DNA of 64,000 nt from Terriglobales bacterium (GTDB lineage Bacteria; Acidobacteriota; Terriglobia; Terriglobales; Acidobacteriaceae). The notes below the pieces were generated by a model. The model did not search any database. It was not told where the DNA came from and saw only the letters and a list, made by a program, of their open reading frames with translations. The DNA lies in contig DATEJK010000117.1 of NCBI GenBank assembly GCA_035278025.1, forward strand, positions 11,293 to 75,292, written 5' to 3'. Made by a program: the position numbers and the translations under genes. The first letter of the stretch is position 1. Each line of letters starts with the position of its first letter. Shown piece by piece: positions 20,313 to 28,218 of the stretch.

Positions 20313-20342
20313 TTGACCTGGGTTGGCGGGGGGCAGTATGCT
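20313..20342 (+). promoter_or_regulatory. Candidate sigma-70-type promoter of the FTR1 operon
   Basis: TTGACC (20313-20318), an 18-nt spacer, then TATGCT (20337-20342). The palindromic operator begins 7 nt downstream. Confidence 0.35.
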
Positions 20343-20349
20343 TGAGAAG

Positions 20350-20372
20350 TTGAAAATGAATTTCATTTTCAA
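20350..20372. promoter_or_regulatory. Perfect 11-1-11 palindrome TTGAAAATGAA-T-TTCATTTTCAA: Fur-box-like iron operator
   Basis: An AT-rich perfect palindrome in a GC-rich genome, 20 nt upstream of the FTR1 ATG. Its central 19 nt match the classical Fur box GATAATGATAATCATTATC at 14 of 19 positions (my count). A near-identical copy lies at 61799-61821 before feoA. Confidence 0.6.
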
Positions 20373-20392
20373 TTTGCTCGAGCCCGCTTGCC

Positions 20393-21640
20393 ATGATTGA
20401 CGCTCTTATTATCACCCTGCGCGAAGGCGTGGAGGCCGCGCTTATTGTCGGCATCACCCTCGCCTACCTGGCCAAGATCAGCCGCACTGACCTGCGCCGC
20501 GCCGTATACGCCGCCTTGGCCGCCGCTTTCCTGGGCAGCATTGGCGCCGCCCTCATCGTTTCCCGCCTCGACCTGAACCAGGACATCCTGGAAGGCTGGG
20601 TCATGCTGGCCGCCGCTTTCTTCGTGGTCACCATGGTGGTCTTCATGATGAAGACCGCGCGCAGCATGAAGGGCAAAATCGAGGGCAAGGTCGGCTTTCT
20701 GGCCGACCGCGGTTCTCAACTTGGCCTTTTCCTCTTCGTCTTCCTGATGGTGCTGCGCGAGGGCGTGGAGACGGTGCTCATTCTTTCCGCCGTCTCCCTG
20801 AATTCCAGCGCGCTCATGAATTTTCTGGGCACGCTGCTGGGAATCGCGCTGGCGATTGTGTTCGGGGTGATGTTCGTCAAAGGCTCGGTGCGCGTCAATT
20901 TGCGCAAGTTCTTTCGCATCACCAGCGTGATCCTCATATTTGTGGCGGTGCAGCTGGTGGTTTCCGGCCTGCACGAGCTCTCGGAGAACGGCGTGCTTCC
21001 CTCCAGCAAGCGGGAGATGGCGCTGATCGGGCCCATTGTGACCAATGAGGTGTTCTTCTTTGTGACCATCCTGGCCCTGGCTGCTCTGATGGTGCTGTTC
21101 GAGATGAAGCGCCGGCAGCCCGCGCCCGAGCCGGCCTCCCCCGCGGAGCGCCGCAAAGCCCTGTGGAGCGCCCGCCGCGAGCGCCTGTGGATGGTTTCCG
21201 TTTATGCCAGCTGCTTTCTGTTCATCGTGCTGGTGACGGCGGAATTCGTTTACACCAAGAGCGTGAGCGCGCTCTCCCCCGCCACACCGGTTGCCTTCCG
21301 CAATGGGCGACTGGGCATCCCCCTCTCCCAAGTCTCGGACGGCGAGCTCCATCGCTACGTCGCCACGGAACATGGTCTCCCGGTGCGCTTCCTGCTGTAT
21401 CGCAAGCCCGACGGCAGCGTGGCCACGGTGTTTGACGCCTGCGAAATCTGCGGCGGGGTGGGCTATTACAAAACCAGCCAGGGCCTGGTCTGCAAGAACT
21501 GCGGCGCTCCCATCAACGGCGCGACCGTGGGTCATCCCGGAGGCTGCAATCCGGTTCCCCTGCAGGCCGCAGTGAGCGGCGGGCAGGTGCTGATAACGGA
21601 GGCGGAAGTGGCGGCGGGGAGCCGCTACTTCCAGAAGTAG
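20393..21640 (+). CDS. FTR1/EfeU-family iron permease fused to a DUF2318-like (CxxC...CxxC) membrane domain
   Basis: 415 aa. Two REGxE motifs (LREGVEAAL, LREGVETVL) in the polytopic N-terminal part. A further TM segment is followed by FDACEICGGVGYYKTSQGLVCKNCGAPI, typical of DUF2318 proteins found next to ftr1-p19 loci. Confidence 0.85.
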   Translation: MIDALIITLREGVEAALIVGITLAYLAKISRTDLRRAVYAALAAAFLGSIGAALIVSRLDLNQDILEGWVMLAAAFFVVTMVVFMMKTARSMKGKIEGKVGFLADRGSQLGLFLFVFLMVLREGVETVLILSAVSLNSSALMNFLGTLLGIALAIVFGVMFVKGSVRVNLRKFFRITSVILIFVAVQLVVSGLHELSENGVLPSSKREMALIGPIVTNEVFFFVTILALAALMVLFEMKRRQPAPEPASPAERRKALWSARRERLWMVSVYASCFLFIVLVTAEFVYTKSVSALSPATPVAFRNGRLGIPLSQVSDGELHRYVATEHGLPVRFLLYRKPDGSVATVFDACEICGGVGYYKTSQGLVCKNCGAPINGATVGHPGGCNPVPLQAAVSGGQVLITEAEVAAGSRYFQK

Positions 21641-21643
21641 CCC

Positions 21644-22909
21644 ATGTTTCCCCGCCTGGTTTTTGAATCTTTCCGGCGTCAGCGTCGGCGCAAGCTGCTG
21701 GCCGGGGTGGCTATCGCCCTGGGCGTGGCCGTCGCCACCGCCATGATCGCGGTAGCCACCAACATCGGCGACAAGATTAATCAGGAGCTGCGCAGCTACG
21801 GCGCTAACCTGCTCATCACGCCCCAGGCGGATACCCTGGATGTAGAAATCGGCGGCGTGGACCTGAAGCCGCCCAGCGACGGCGCTTTCCTGAAGGAAGC
21901 CGATCTGCCCCGCATTAAGGGCACGTTCTGGAAAAATAACATTGTCGGCTTTGCTCCCATGCTGCCGGTGCGGGCCAGCATCGTCACCGGCACTCAAACC
22001 GAAGCTGCGGAAGTTGTCGGCACCTGGTTCGCTAAACAACTGGCCTATGATCGCGAATCCTTTGTCACCGGCGTGCGCACCACGAACCCGTGGTGGAGAG
22101 TGAGTGGCGGCTGGCCCGCCGATGATTCCTCGGACGTACTTTTGGGCAGGGAGTTGGCGGCAAAATTGGGACGGCGGCCGGGCGACAGCATTGCAATCAA
22201 CGGCCAGCCTCACCGTGTGGCCGGCATCCTGACTACGGGGGGCGCGGAGGAGGAGCAGATTGTCGCGCCGCTGCAAGTAGCGCAGCAGATTTTGGGGAGG
22301 CCGGGCGCGGTGCGCCGCGTGTTCGTCAGCGCGCTGACCAAGCCGGAAGACGCGCTCGCTTTGCGCGATCCCAAGACCATGTCGCCGGCCATGTTGGAGC
22401 GCTGGTCGTGCTCGCCTTACGTGCAGTCCATCGCCTATGTGCTGCAGAAGGCGATTCCCCACTCCCGTGTGGAGCCCATACGCCAGGTGGCCAGCACGGA
22501 AGGCACGGTGCTGGAGCGGATTCAGGGCCTGATGCTGCTGATCACGCTGGCTGCGCTGCTGGCTTCGGCGCTGGCTGTTTCCGCCGCGATGGCCACCGCC
22601 ATCTTCGAGCGCCGCAACGAAATCGGCCTGATGAAAGCGCTGGGCGCCGCCAATTTTACGGTTGCCTCCGTGTTCTTCGCCGAAGCTGCTCTGCTGGCGG
22701 TGCTGGGCGGAATCGTCGGATTTTTCGGCGGCGGCCTGCTGGCGCGGGAGATCGGTCGCAGCATCTTCAATTCGCAAATCAGCGTGCAACCGGTGCTCTT
22801 CCCCGTGATCCTGGGTATTGCGGCGCTGGTTACTTTCGCCGGCAGCGCCGTCGCCATTCGCCGCGCGGTGCGCTTCGATCCCGTGTACGCCCTGAAGGCT
22901 GAAGCATGA
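21644..22909 (+). CDS. ABC transporter permease, MacB/FtsX type
   Basis: 421 aa. N-terminal TM, large periplasmic domain, C-terminal FtsX module (FERRNEIGLMKALGA...). Starts 3 nt after the FTR1 fusion gene. Confidence 0.85.
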   Translation: MFPRLVFESFRRQRRRKLLAGVAIALGVAVATAMIAVATNIGDKINQELRSYGANLLITPQADTLDVEIGGVDLKPPSDGAFLKEADLPRIKGTFWKNNIVGFAPMLPVRASIVTGTQTEAAEVVGTWFAKQLAYDRESFVTGVRTTNPWWRVSGGWPADDSSDVLLGRELAAKLGRRPGDSIAINGQPHRVAGILTTGGAEEEQIVAPLQVAQQILGRPGAVRRVFVSALTKPEDALALRDPKTMSPAMLERWSCSPYVQSIAYVLQKAIPHSRVEPIRQVASTEGTVLERIQGLMLLITLAALLASALAVSAAMATAIFERRNEIGLMKALGAANFTVASVFFAEAALLAVLGGIVGFFGGGLLAREIGRSIFNSQISVQPVLFPVILGIAALVTFAGSAVAIRRAVRFDPVYALKAEA

Positions 22910-24036
22910 GCGCCATGCCTTCAATTCGCCGCTCGGGCAAGCGCGGGATGTTCCTGCGCATGCTGCTGCGCGCCTCGCTGGTCCGCCGTGGCCGGGCTCT
23001 CTCCGCCCTTCTGGCCGTGGTGGTGGCAGCCGCGGTCGCCACCGCTATGCTGAACCTGTACGTGGAAGTGCAAGCCAAGCTGCGCACGGAGTTCCGCAAG
23101 TACGGCGCCAACATTGTGGTGGTCGCCAAGCAGGGCCAGTCTCTTCCCGCGGACACGTTGTCCCGGGTGCAGGCGGCGCTGGCCGGGCGCGGCATCGCCG
23201 TGCCCTTTGCTTACGTGGTGGCCAGCACGGCGGACGGATCGCCGATTGTCGCTGCCGGAACAGACATGGAAAGCGTGCGCCGCCTGGATTCCTGGTGGAG
23301 CGTCTCCGCTTGGCCGCATGGCAGCGGCGAAGCCCTGTTGGGCTCGCGCGCTGCAACCGTAGTCAGCCTGCAGGGCCAGCCCTTCGATTTGAGTTTCCAC
23401 GGCCGCTCCATTCATCTGACCGCCGCCGGCACCCTCAGCACCGGCGCCGCCGAGGACAGCCGGGTTTATCTGCCACTTGCCGACTTTGCCGCCTGGACGG
23501 GCGTTCAGCCCTCGACCATAGAAATCGCCGCCAACGGCTCGGCGGCGCAAGTCGCGTCCATTCTGAAGCAGGTGGCCGCCGCGGTGCCCGGCGCCGAGGT
23601 CCGCCCGGTGCGTCAGATCATGGAAGCCGAGGGCCGGGTGTTGGGCAAAACTCGCTCGACTTTGCTGGCCGCCGCCGCCCTCATCATCCTGACCGCCGCC
23701 CTGTGCGTGCTGGCCACTCTGACCGCCTGGGTGCTGGACCGCCGCCGCGACTTCGCCATTATGAAAGCGTTGGGCGCCTCGGAGCGCCTGATCAGCGGCT
23801 TCTTCGCCGCCGAGGCCGCCTCCATCGGGGCGATGGGGGCTCTGTTGGGCTACGCCATCGGCATTGGGGCCGCCGCCTGGATCGGCCGCGCCAACTTTCA
23901 GGCATCAATTTCGCCACGTCTCAGCGTCCTTCCCAGCGTTTTCCTGGGCAGCATTGTGGTAGCCTTGCTCTCCGCCACCTTGCCCATGGCCCTGCTGCGG
24001 AGGGTGCAGCCGGCCACGATCCTTCGAGGGGAATAA
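22906..24036 (+). CDS. ABC transporter permease, MacB/FtsX type (second copy)
   Basis: 376 aa with the same architecture (DRRRDFAIMKALGAS...). Start overlaps the preceding stop by 4 nt. Confidence 0.8.
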   Translation: MSAMPSIRRSGKRGMFLRMLLRASLVRRGRALSALLAVVVAAAVATAMLNLYVEVQAKLRTEFRKYGANIVVVAKQGQSLPADTLSRVQAALAGRGIAVPFAYVVASTADGSPIVAAGTDMESVRRLDSWWSVSAWPHGSGEALLGSRAATVVSLQGQPFDLSFHGRSIHLTAAGTLSTGAAEDSRVYLPLADFAAWTGVQPSTIEIAANGSAAQVASILKQVAAAVPGAEVRPVRQIMEAEGRVLGKTRSTLLAAAALIILTAALCVLATLTAWVLDRRRDFAIMKALGASERLISGFFAAEAASIGAMGALLGYAIGIGAAAWIGRANFQASISPRLSVLPSVFLGSIVVALLSATLPMALLRRVQPATILRGE

Positions 24037-24039
24037 GCC

Positions 24040-25263
24040 ATGATCCGACTGGAACACGTCAGCAAGCTCTACCCGGCCAAGGCCGAGGAGAACGGCGGCG
24101 TCATTCGTGCGCTGGACGACGTGTCTCTCACGGTGATGCCCGGGGAGTGGCTGGCCATCATGGGCCCCTCCGGCTCCGGCAAATCCACCATGGTCAACCT
24201 GATCGGCTGCCTCGACCGGCCCAGCAGCGGCAACGTCTGGCTGGCCGGCCAGAATGTGGCCGGGCTGAGCGCCGCCGAACTGACCCGGGTGCGCGCGGAG
24301 AAAATCGGTTTCATCTTTCAGCAGTTCCATTTGATTCCGTACCTCACCGCGCTGGAGAACGTCATGCTGGCGCAGTACTTCCACAGCATGACCGACGAGC
24401 AGGAGGCGCTAGAGGCATTGGAGCGGGTGGGGCTGAAGGAGCGCGCCCAGCACCTGCCGGCGCATTTATCGGGCGGCGAGCAGCAACGGGTGTGCATTGC
24501 CCGCGCCCTTATCAACGACCCCAAGATCGTGCTGGCCGACGAGCCCACCGGCAACCTGGACGCGCAGAACGAGGAGATCGTACTGCGCCTGCTGCGCGAG
24601 CTGCACCAGCAAGGCCGCACCATCATCATGGTCACCCACGACCCGCTGGTGGCCCGCCTGGCCGACCGCCGCGTGGAACTGCACCACGGCAGGATTGCCA
24701 CCGAAGAAGTCTTCGCCATGTCTGACCAGGAGCAGTTCGACGAAGTGCTGGAAGAGATTTGGGTCATCGAAGAACACGGCGAGCCCGCCGAACTGGGCAG
24801 CATGGACGTGCACGGCGGCGTGCCCGTGAGCATCGCTGTTGAAAAGATGGTGGAGCTGGGCCTGGTAACCACGCGCCCGCACCCCTCGCAGCCGCACGCG
24901 CACAAGGCCGTCATCAATCCCTGCCACGACGCGCTGGGCCACATTTCGCAGCGCGTGGCCGACGGCGACCTGATGATCGAGTTCACACCCCAGGGCCGCC
25001 AGCGCGCCGCTGACGTCATCCGCCGCCACCGCCTGGCCGAGCGCCTCTTCACCGAGAGCCTGGGCATGGACGACCCGGCGGAAGTGGAAGAGCAGGCCTG
25101 CAGGTTCGAGCACATCCTATCGCCCGAAGCCACCGACCGCATCTGCGCCTTCCTGGGCCATCCCCGCGCCTGCCCCCACGGCGCGCCCATCCCTCCCGGC
25201 GCCTGCTGCACCTTGCGCGAAGTGGAGAGCGCCGACGTGCGGGTAGCGCGCAAAACCAAGTAG
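24040..25263 (+). CDS. ABC transporter ATP-binding protein fused to a C-terminal DtxR/IdeR/MntR-family metalloregulator module
   Basis: Residues 1-225 carry Walker A GPSGSGKST, signature LSGGEQQR, Walker B IVLADEPT and H-loop VTHD. Residues about 229-407 carry LEEIWVIEEHGE, RRHRLAERLF, CRFEHILSPEA and CPHGAPIP, which are characteristic of DtxR-family wHTH plus metal-binding/dimerisation domains. Confidence 0.85.
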   Translation: MIRLEHVSKLYPAKAEENGGVIRALDDVSLTVMPGEWLAIMGPSGSGKSTMVNLIGCLDRPSSGNVWLAGQNVAGLSAAELTRVRAEKIGFIFQQFHLIPYLTALENVMLAQYFHSMTDEQEALEALERVGLKERAQHLPAHLSGGEQQRVCIARALINDPKIVLADEPTGNLDAQNEEIVLRLLRELHQQGRTIIMVTHDPLVARLADRRVELHHGRIATEEVFAMSDQEQFDEVLEEIWVIEEHGEPAELGSMDVHGGVPVSIAVEKMVELGLVTTRPHPSQPHAHKAVINPCHDALGHISQRVADGDLMIEFTPQGRQRAADVIRRHRLAERLFTESLGMDDPAEVEEQACRFEHILSPEATDRICAFLGHPRACPHGAPIPPGACCTLREVESADVRVARKTK

Positions 25264-25274
25264 TCCAGCTAACA

Positions 25275-25419
25275 CCAAAACCACAGGGGACGCGGAGGTT
25301 TTCGGGAATTCATGCCTTTGTGTCTTTGATTTGACGCAGCACCGTCATGGATCTCGACGGCTTGAGCTAGTTCCAAATTTCTTAAACCTCAGCGTCCTTT
25401 GGGTCCTCTGTGGTTTTGG
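25275..25419. repeat. About 145-bp inverted-repeat element between the iron ABC operon and the ars operon
   Basis: Termini CCAAAACCACAGGGGA (25275-25290) and TCCTCTGTGGTTTTGG (25404-25419) are complementary at 15 of 16 positions. Inner CGCGGAGGTTT / AAACCTCAGCG arms. CCACAGAGGA is the same word as in the 676-1017 element. Confidence 0.7.
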
Positions 25420-25480
25420 CTTGGCTGGACGACCCCCCTTCACAGGTGACGCGCATCACGATCTTTCGTGACCGCCAACA

Positions 25481-25506
25481 CATATGCTTATGCATATTTA
25501 TATGCT
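25481..25506. promoter_or_regulatory. Candidate ArsR operator/promoter: three ATATGC/GCATAT hexamers
   Basis: ATATGC (25482-25487), inverted GCATAT (25492-25497) and ATATGC (25500-25505) form the only AT-rich patch directly upstream of the arsR ATG at 25518. Confidence 0.3.
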
Positions 25507-25517
25507 AAGCTAACGGC

Positions 25518-25952
25518 ATGAAAGCAAGCTCAACCCCGGTGGCGCAGCAGCACTTCTTCCGTGCCCTGGCTGACCGTACCCGCTTGCGCCTGCTCAACCT
25601 GATGAGGGAGAAGGAAGTCTGTGTCTGCTACTTCGTGGCCGTGCTGAAGCTGAGCCAGCCCAAGATCTCGCGCCACTTGGCGTATCTACGGCGGGCGGGA
25701 ATCGTAGGCGCGCGCCGTCAGGGCAAGTGGATGCACTACCGTCTACTGGCTCCGTCCGATCCGCGCGCCGCACGCATTCTGCAATGCACGCTGGCATGGC
25801 TGCGGCAGGACGCGGAGATGCGCAAGGACCAGGCTCAACTGGTGCGCGCCTGCTGCCGCCGGCAAGCCTTCGTGCAGTTGCAGGCCGCTCCCCTGCCCGC
25901 GCCCGTTCCTGCTTTAACGCCCGCCACCCTCGGGGAAAGGGCACAGCCATGA
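25518..25952 (+). CDS. arsR: ArsR/SmtB-family metalloregulator
   Basis: 144 aa. HTH region ELCVC-like (EVCVCYFVAVLKLSQPKISRHLAYLRRAGIV). Stop overlaps the acr3 start (ATGA). Confidence 0.9.
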   Translation: MKASSTPVAQQHFFRALADRTRLRLLNLMREKEVCVCYFVAVLKLSQPKISRHLAYLRRAGIVGARRQGKWMHYRLLAPSDPRAARILQCTLAWLRQDAEMRKDQAQLVRACCRRQAFVQLQAAPLPAPVPALTPATLGERAQP

Positions 25953-27073
25953 CGACGATCGCCAATCAAGGGTCCCCGCCGTGCACCACCAAACGTCTCA
26001 ACGTTTTTGAACGTTATCTGACGCTCTGGGTGGGCTTATGCATGCTCGCCGGGCTGGCGGTAGGCAAATGGATGCCGGCCTCGGTCAGCCTGCTGCGCTC
26101 CCTGGAGTTTGGCCGCGGCAGCCAGGTCAACATTCCCATAGCCGTGCTCATCTGGCTGATGATCATTCCCATGATGATGAAGGTGGACTTCGCCTCCATT
26201 CGCAACGTAGGCGAGCGGCCGCGCGGCCTGCTGGTCACGTTATTCGTCAATTGGCTGGTGAAGCCCTTTTCCATGGCGCTGATCGCCTGGTTGTTTTTCC
26301 GTCACGTGTTCAGCGCCTGGATAGCTCCTGCCCAAGCCGACCAGTACATCGCTGGAGCCATTATTCTGGCGGCGGCGCCCTGCACCGCCATGGTGTTCGT
26401 GTGGAGCCACCTGACCGATGGCGATCCCGCCTATACCCTGGTTCAGGTCTCGCTCAACGATCTGATCATGCTGTTCCTGTTCGCGCCCATCGTGCGCTTC
26501 CTGGTCAGCGGCGCATCCTCGCTGCACGTGCCTTTCAGCGTGCTGCTGTATTCGGTAACCGCGTTTATTGTTATTCCCCTGGCGGCGGGATCGGCGCTGC
26601 GCTACTGGTTCATTCGCCGCCGCGGGCGGGAGTGGTTTGAGCGCACCCTGTTACCCCGATTTGCACCAGTTACCATTGCCGCCCTGCTGGCCACCCTGGT
26701 TTGTATCTTTGCCTTCCAGGCCGACAACATCACCGGGCGCTACTTCCATGTGCTGCTCATCGCCGTGCCCATCCTGCTGCAGGTGTATTTCAATTCCGGG
26801 CTGGCCTATGGCCTGATGCGCCTGTTCCGGGTGCAGCACTCAATCGCGGCGCCGGGCGCGTTGATCGGGGCCAGCAATTTCTTCGAGTTGGCGGTCGCCA
26901 CCTCGATTGCCCTCTTCGGAGCCGGCTCCGGCGCCGCATTGGCCACGGTGGTGGGCGTCCTGGTGGAGGTGCCGGTCATGCTCTCCGTATGCAATGTGTG
27001 TAACCGAACCCGCCATTGGTTTTCCTGGGAAAGCATGGCCTCGCTGCCTTCTCTCCAGGCCGCCGACGATTGA
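25949..27073 (+). CDS. acr3: ACR3-family arsenite efflux permease
   Basis: Start moved to ATG 25949 (MTTIANQG...). FERYLTLWV and the polytopic profile are typical of ACR3. The 74 codons upstream in the track ORF overlap arsR and are not coding. Confidence 0.92.
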   Translation: MTTIANQGSPPCTTKRLNVFERYLTLWVGLCMLAGLAVGKWMPASVSLLRSLEFGRGSQVNIPIAVLIWLMIIPMMMKVDFASIRNVGERPRGLLVTLFVNWLVKPFSMALIAWLFFRHVFSAWIAPAQADQYIAGAIILAAAPCTAMVFVWSHLTDGDPAYTLVQVSLNDLIMLFLFAPIVRFLVSGASSLHVPFSVLLYSVTAFIVIPLAAGSALRYWFIRRRGREWFERTLLPRFAPVTIAALLATLVCIFAFQADNITGRYFHVLLIAVPILLQVYFNSGLAYGLMRLFRVQHSIAAPGALIGASNFFELAVATSIALFGAGSGAALATVVGVLVEVPVMLSVCNVCNRTRHWFSWESMASLPSLQAADD

Positions 27074-27088
27074 TGAAAGGAGTGTGCC

Positions 27089-27463
27089 ATGACTGGCAAA
27101 CCGCGTTTTCTGCTCTGCAACTGCACCGGCGAATGTCCCGGGTTTAAGGACATGAATTTCTGGCAGCTGCTGAACTTTGTGCGCAATGAGCTGAAGTCCG
27201 AGTACGCCGTGCTCCACCCGCAGCTCTGCATGGATGATGGCGAGCGCTTTCTGGTGGAAATCCTCAAGCCCGGCGAGCGCTACGTTATCGGCGCCTGCGA
27301 CCCGCGCCTGCAGAAAAAAATGTTCCGCGACGCCTTTGCGAAAGCCGGAATCAGCTTCGACCAGCAGGTGGTTCCCCTCGACCTGCGCGCCATTTCCACG
27401 GAGCAGGCCATCGAAAAGGTACGCCAGGCTTTCGCCGAGATGGAGAGCCCGCCCGCCCTTTAA
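27089..27463 (+). CDS. Small Cys-rich protein, weakly MvhD/HdrA-C-terminal-like (tentative), inside the ars operon
   Basis: 124 aa with FLLCNCTGECPGF near the N-terminus and IGACDPR. Its layout resembles small iron-sulfur electron-transfer subunits. The assignment is tentative. Confidence 0.5.
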   Translation: MTGKPRFLLCNCTGECPGFKDMNFWQLLNFVRNELKSEYAVLHPQLCMDDGERFLVEILKPGERYVIGACDPRLQKKMFRDAFAKAGISFDQQVVPLDLRAISTEQAIEKVRQAFAEMESPPAL

Positions 27464-27489
27464 AGGCGGGAGAGGAAGGAGAACAATTT

Positions 27490-27771
27490 ATGCCGCCTGG
27501 CGCTCTTCCGCGTGAAAAGATTCCCTGGTTTCCCACCGTGGATTACGGCCTCTGCACCGGCGACCAGGAGTGTTTCAACTTCTGCAAAAACCAGGTCTTC
27601 CTCTGGGATGAGGAACACGCTCAGCCGCGCGTGGCCAATCCCTACAATTGTGTGGTGGGGTGCCAGGCCTGCGTTAATGTCTGCCCGGTGCAGGCCATCC
27701 AGTTCCCCAGCAAGGAAGAGCTGCGGGAAACTTTGAAGCGCCTGCGGGCGGAATTGGTGCAGCTTGGCTGA
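27490..27771 (+). CDS. Ferredoxin-like 4Fe-4S cluster protein inside the ars operon
   Basis: 93 aa. Strong SD GGAAGGAG upstream. Cys clusters C-x5-C-x3-C (CTGDQECFNFC) and C-x3-C-x2-C-x3-CP (CVVGCQACVNVCP). Confidence 0.7.
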   Translation: MPPGALPREKIPWFPTVDYGLCTGDQECFNFCKNQVFLWDEEHAQPRVANPYNCVVGCQACVNVCPVQAIQFPSKEELRETLKRLRAELVQLG

Positions 27772-27807
27772 AAGGCGGGCAATCAGGGGAGCGGGTAGCA
27801 ACTGCCT

Positions 27808-28218
27808 ATGAAACGCGTCCTCTTTCTGTGCACCGGCAATTCCTGCCGCAGCCAGATGGCGGAGGGCTGGCTCCGTCACCTGGCCGGAAACCGCTTTCAA
27901 GCTGCAAGCGCGGGGACCAGGCCTGCAGGACTTCATCCCGATGCCGTGCTGGTCATGGGCGAGGCCGGGGTGGACATTGCGGCACAGCGTTCAAAGAACG
28001 TCTCCCAGTTCCTGCAGGGGCAATTCGATTTTGTGATCACTGTGTGCGACAGCGCCAAAGAAGCCTGCCCCTATTTCCCGGGCGAAGTCCAACGCCTCCA
28101 CTGGAGTTTCGCCGACCCTGCGGCGGCCACCGGAACACACGAGCAACGGTTGGCGGTTTTCCGCCAGGTTCGCGACCAGATCGCCGAGCGGATCAAAGAT
28201 TTTGCTACCCGCGATTGA
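27808..28218 (+). CDS. arsC: Arsenate reductase, LMW-PTPase (thioredoxin-coupled) type
   Basis: 136 aa. P-loop CTGNSCRS plus the Cys pair VCDSAKEACP (C-x6-C), as in the thioredoxin-coupled ArsC family. Confidence 0.93.
   Translation: MKRVLFLCTGNSCRSQMAEGWLRHLAGNRFQAASAGTRPAGLHPDAVLVMGEAGVDIAAQRSKNVSQFLQGQFDFVITVCDSAKEACPYFPGEVQRLHWSFADPAAATGTHEQRLAVFRQVRDQIAERIKDFATRD

Noticed and set aside
20369-22924. 851-aa minus-strand ORF antisense to the FTR1 fusion and the first FtsX permease
   Set aside because: A shadow ORF opposite well-supported sense genes. Its composition is dominated by Ala/Gly/Arg/His/Gln runs.
23295-24725. 476-aa plus-strand ORF in an alternative frame across the second permease and the ABC ATPase
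   Set aside because: The translation is extremely Arg/Gly/Pro-rich. It overlaps two genes with clear family motifs in other frames.
25727-25948. N-terminal 74 codons of the long ORF that contains acr3
   Set aside because: This part overlaps arsR in another frame and is Arg/Ala-rich. ATG 25949 gives the typical ACR3 N-terminus and an ATGA overlap with the arsR stop.
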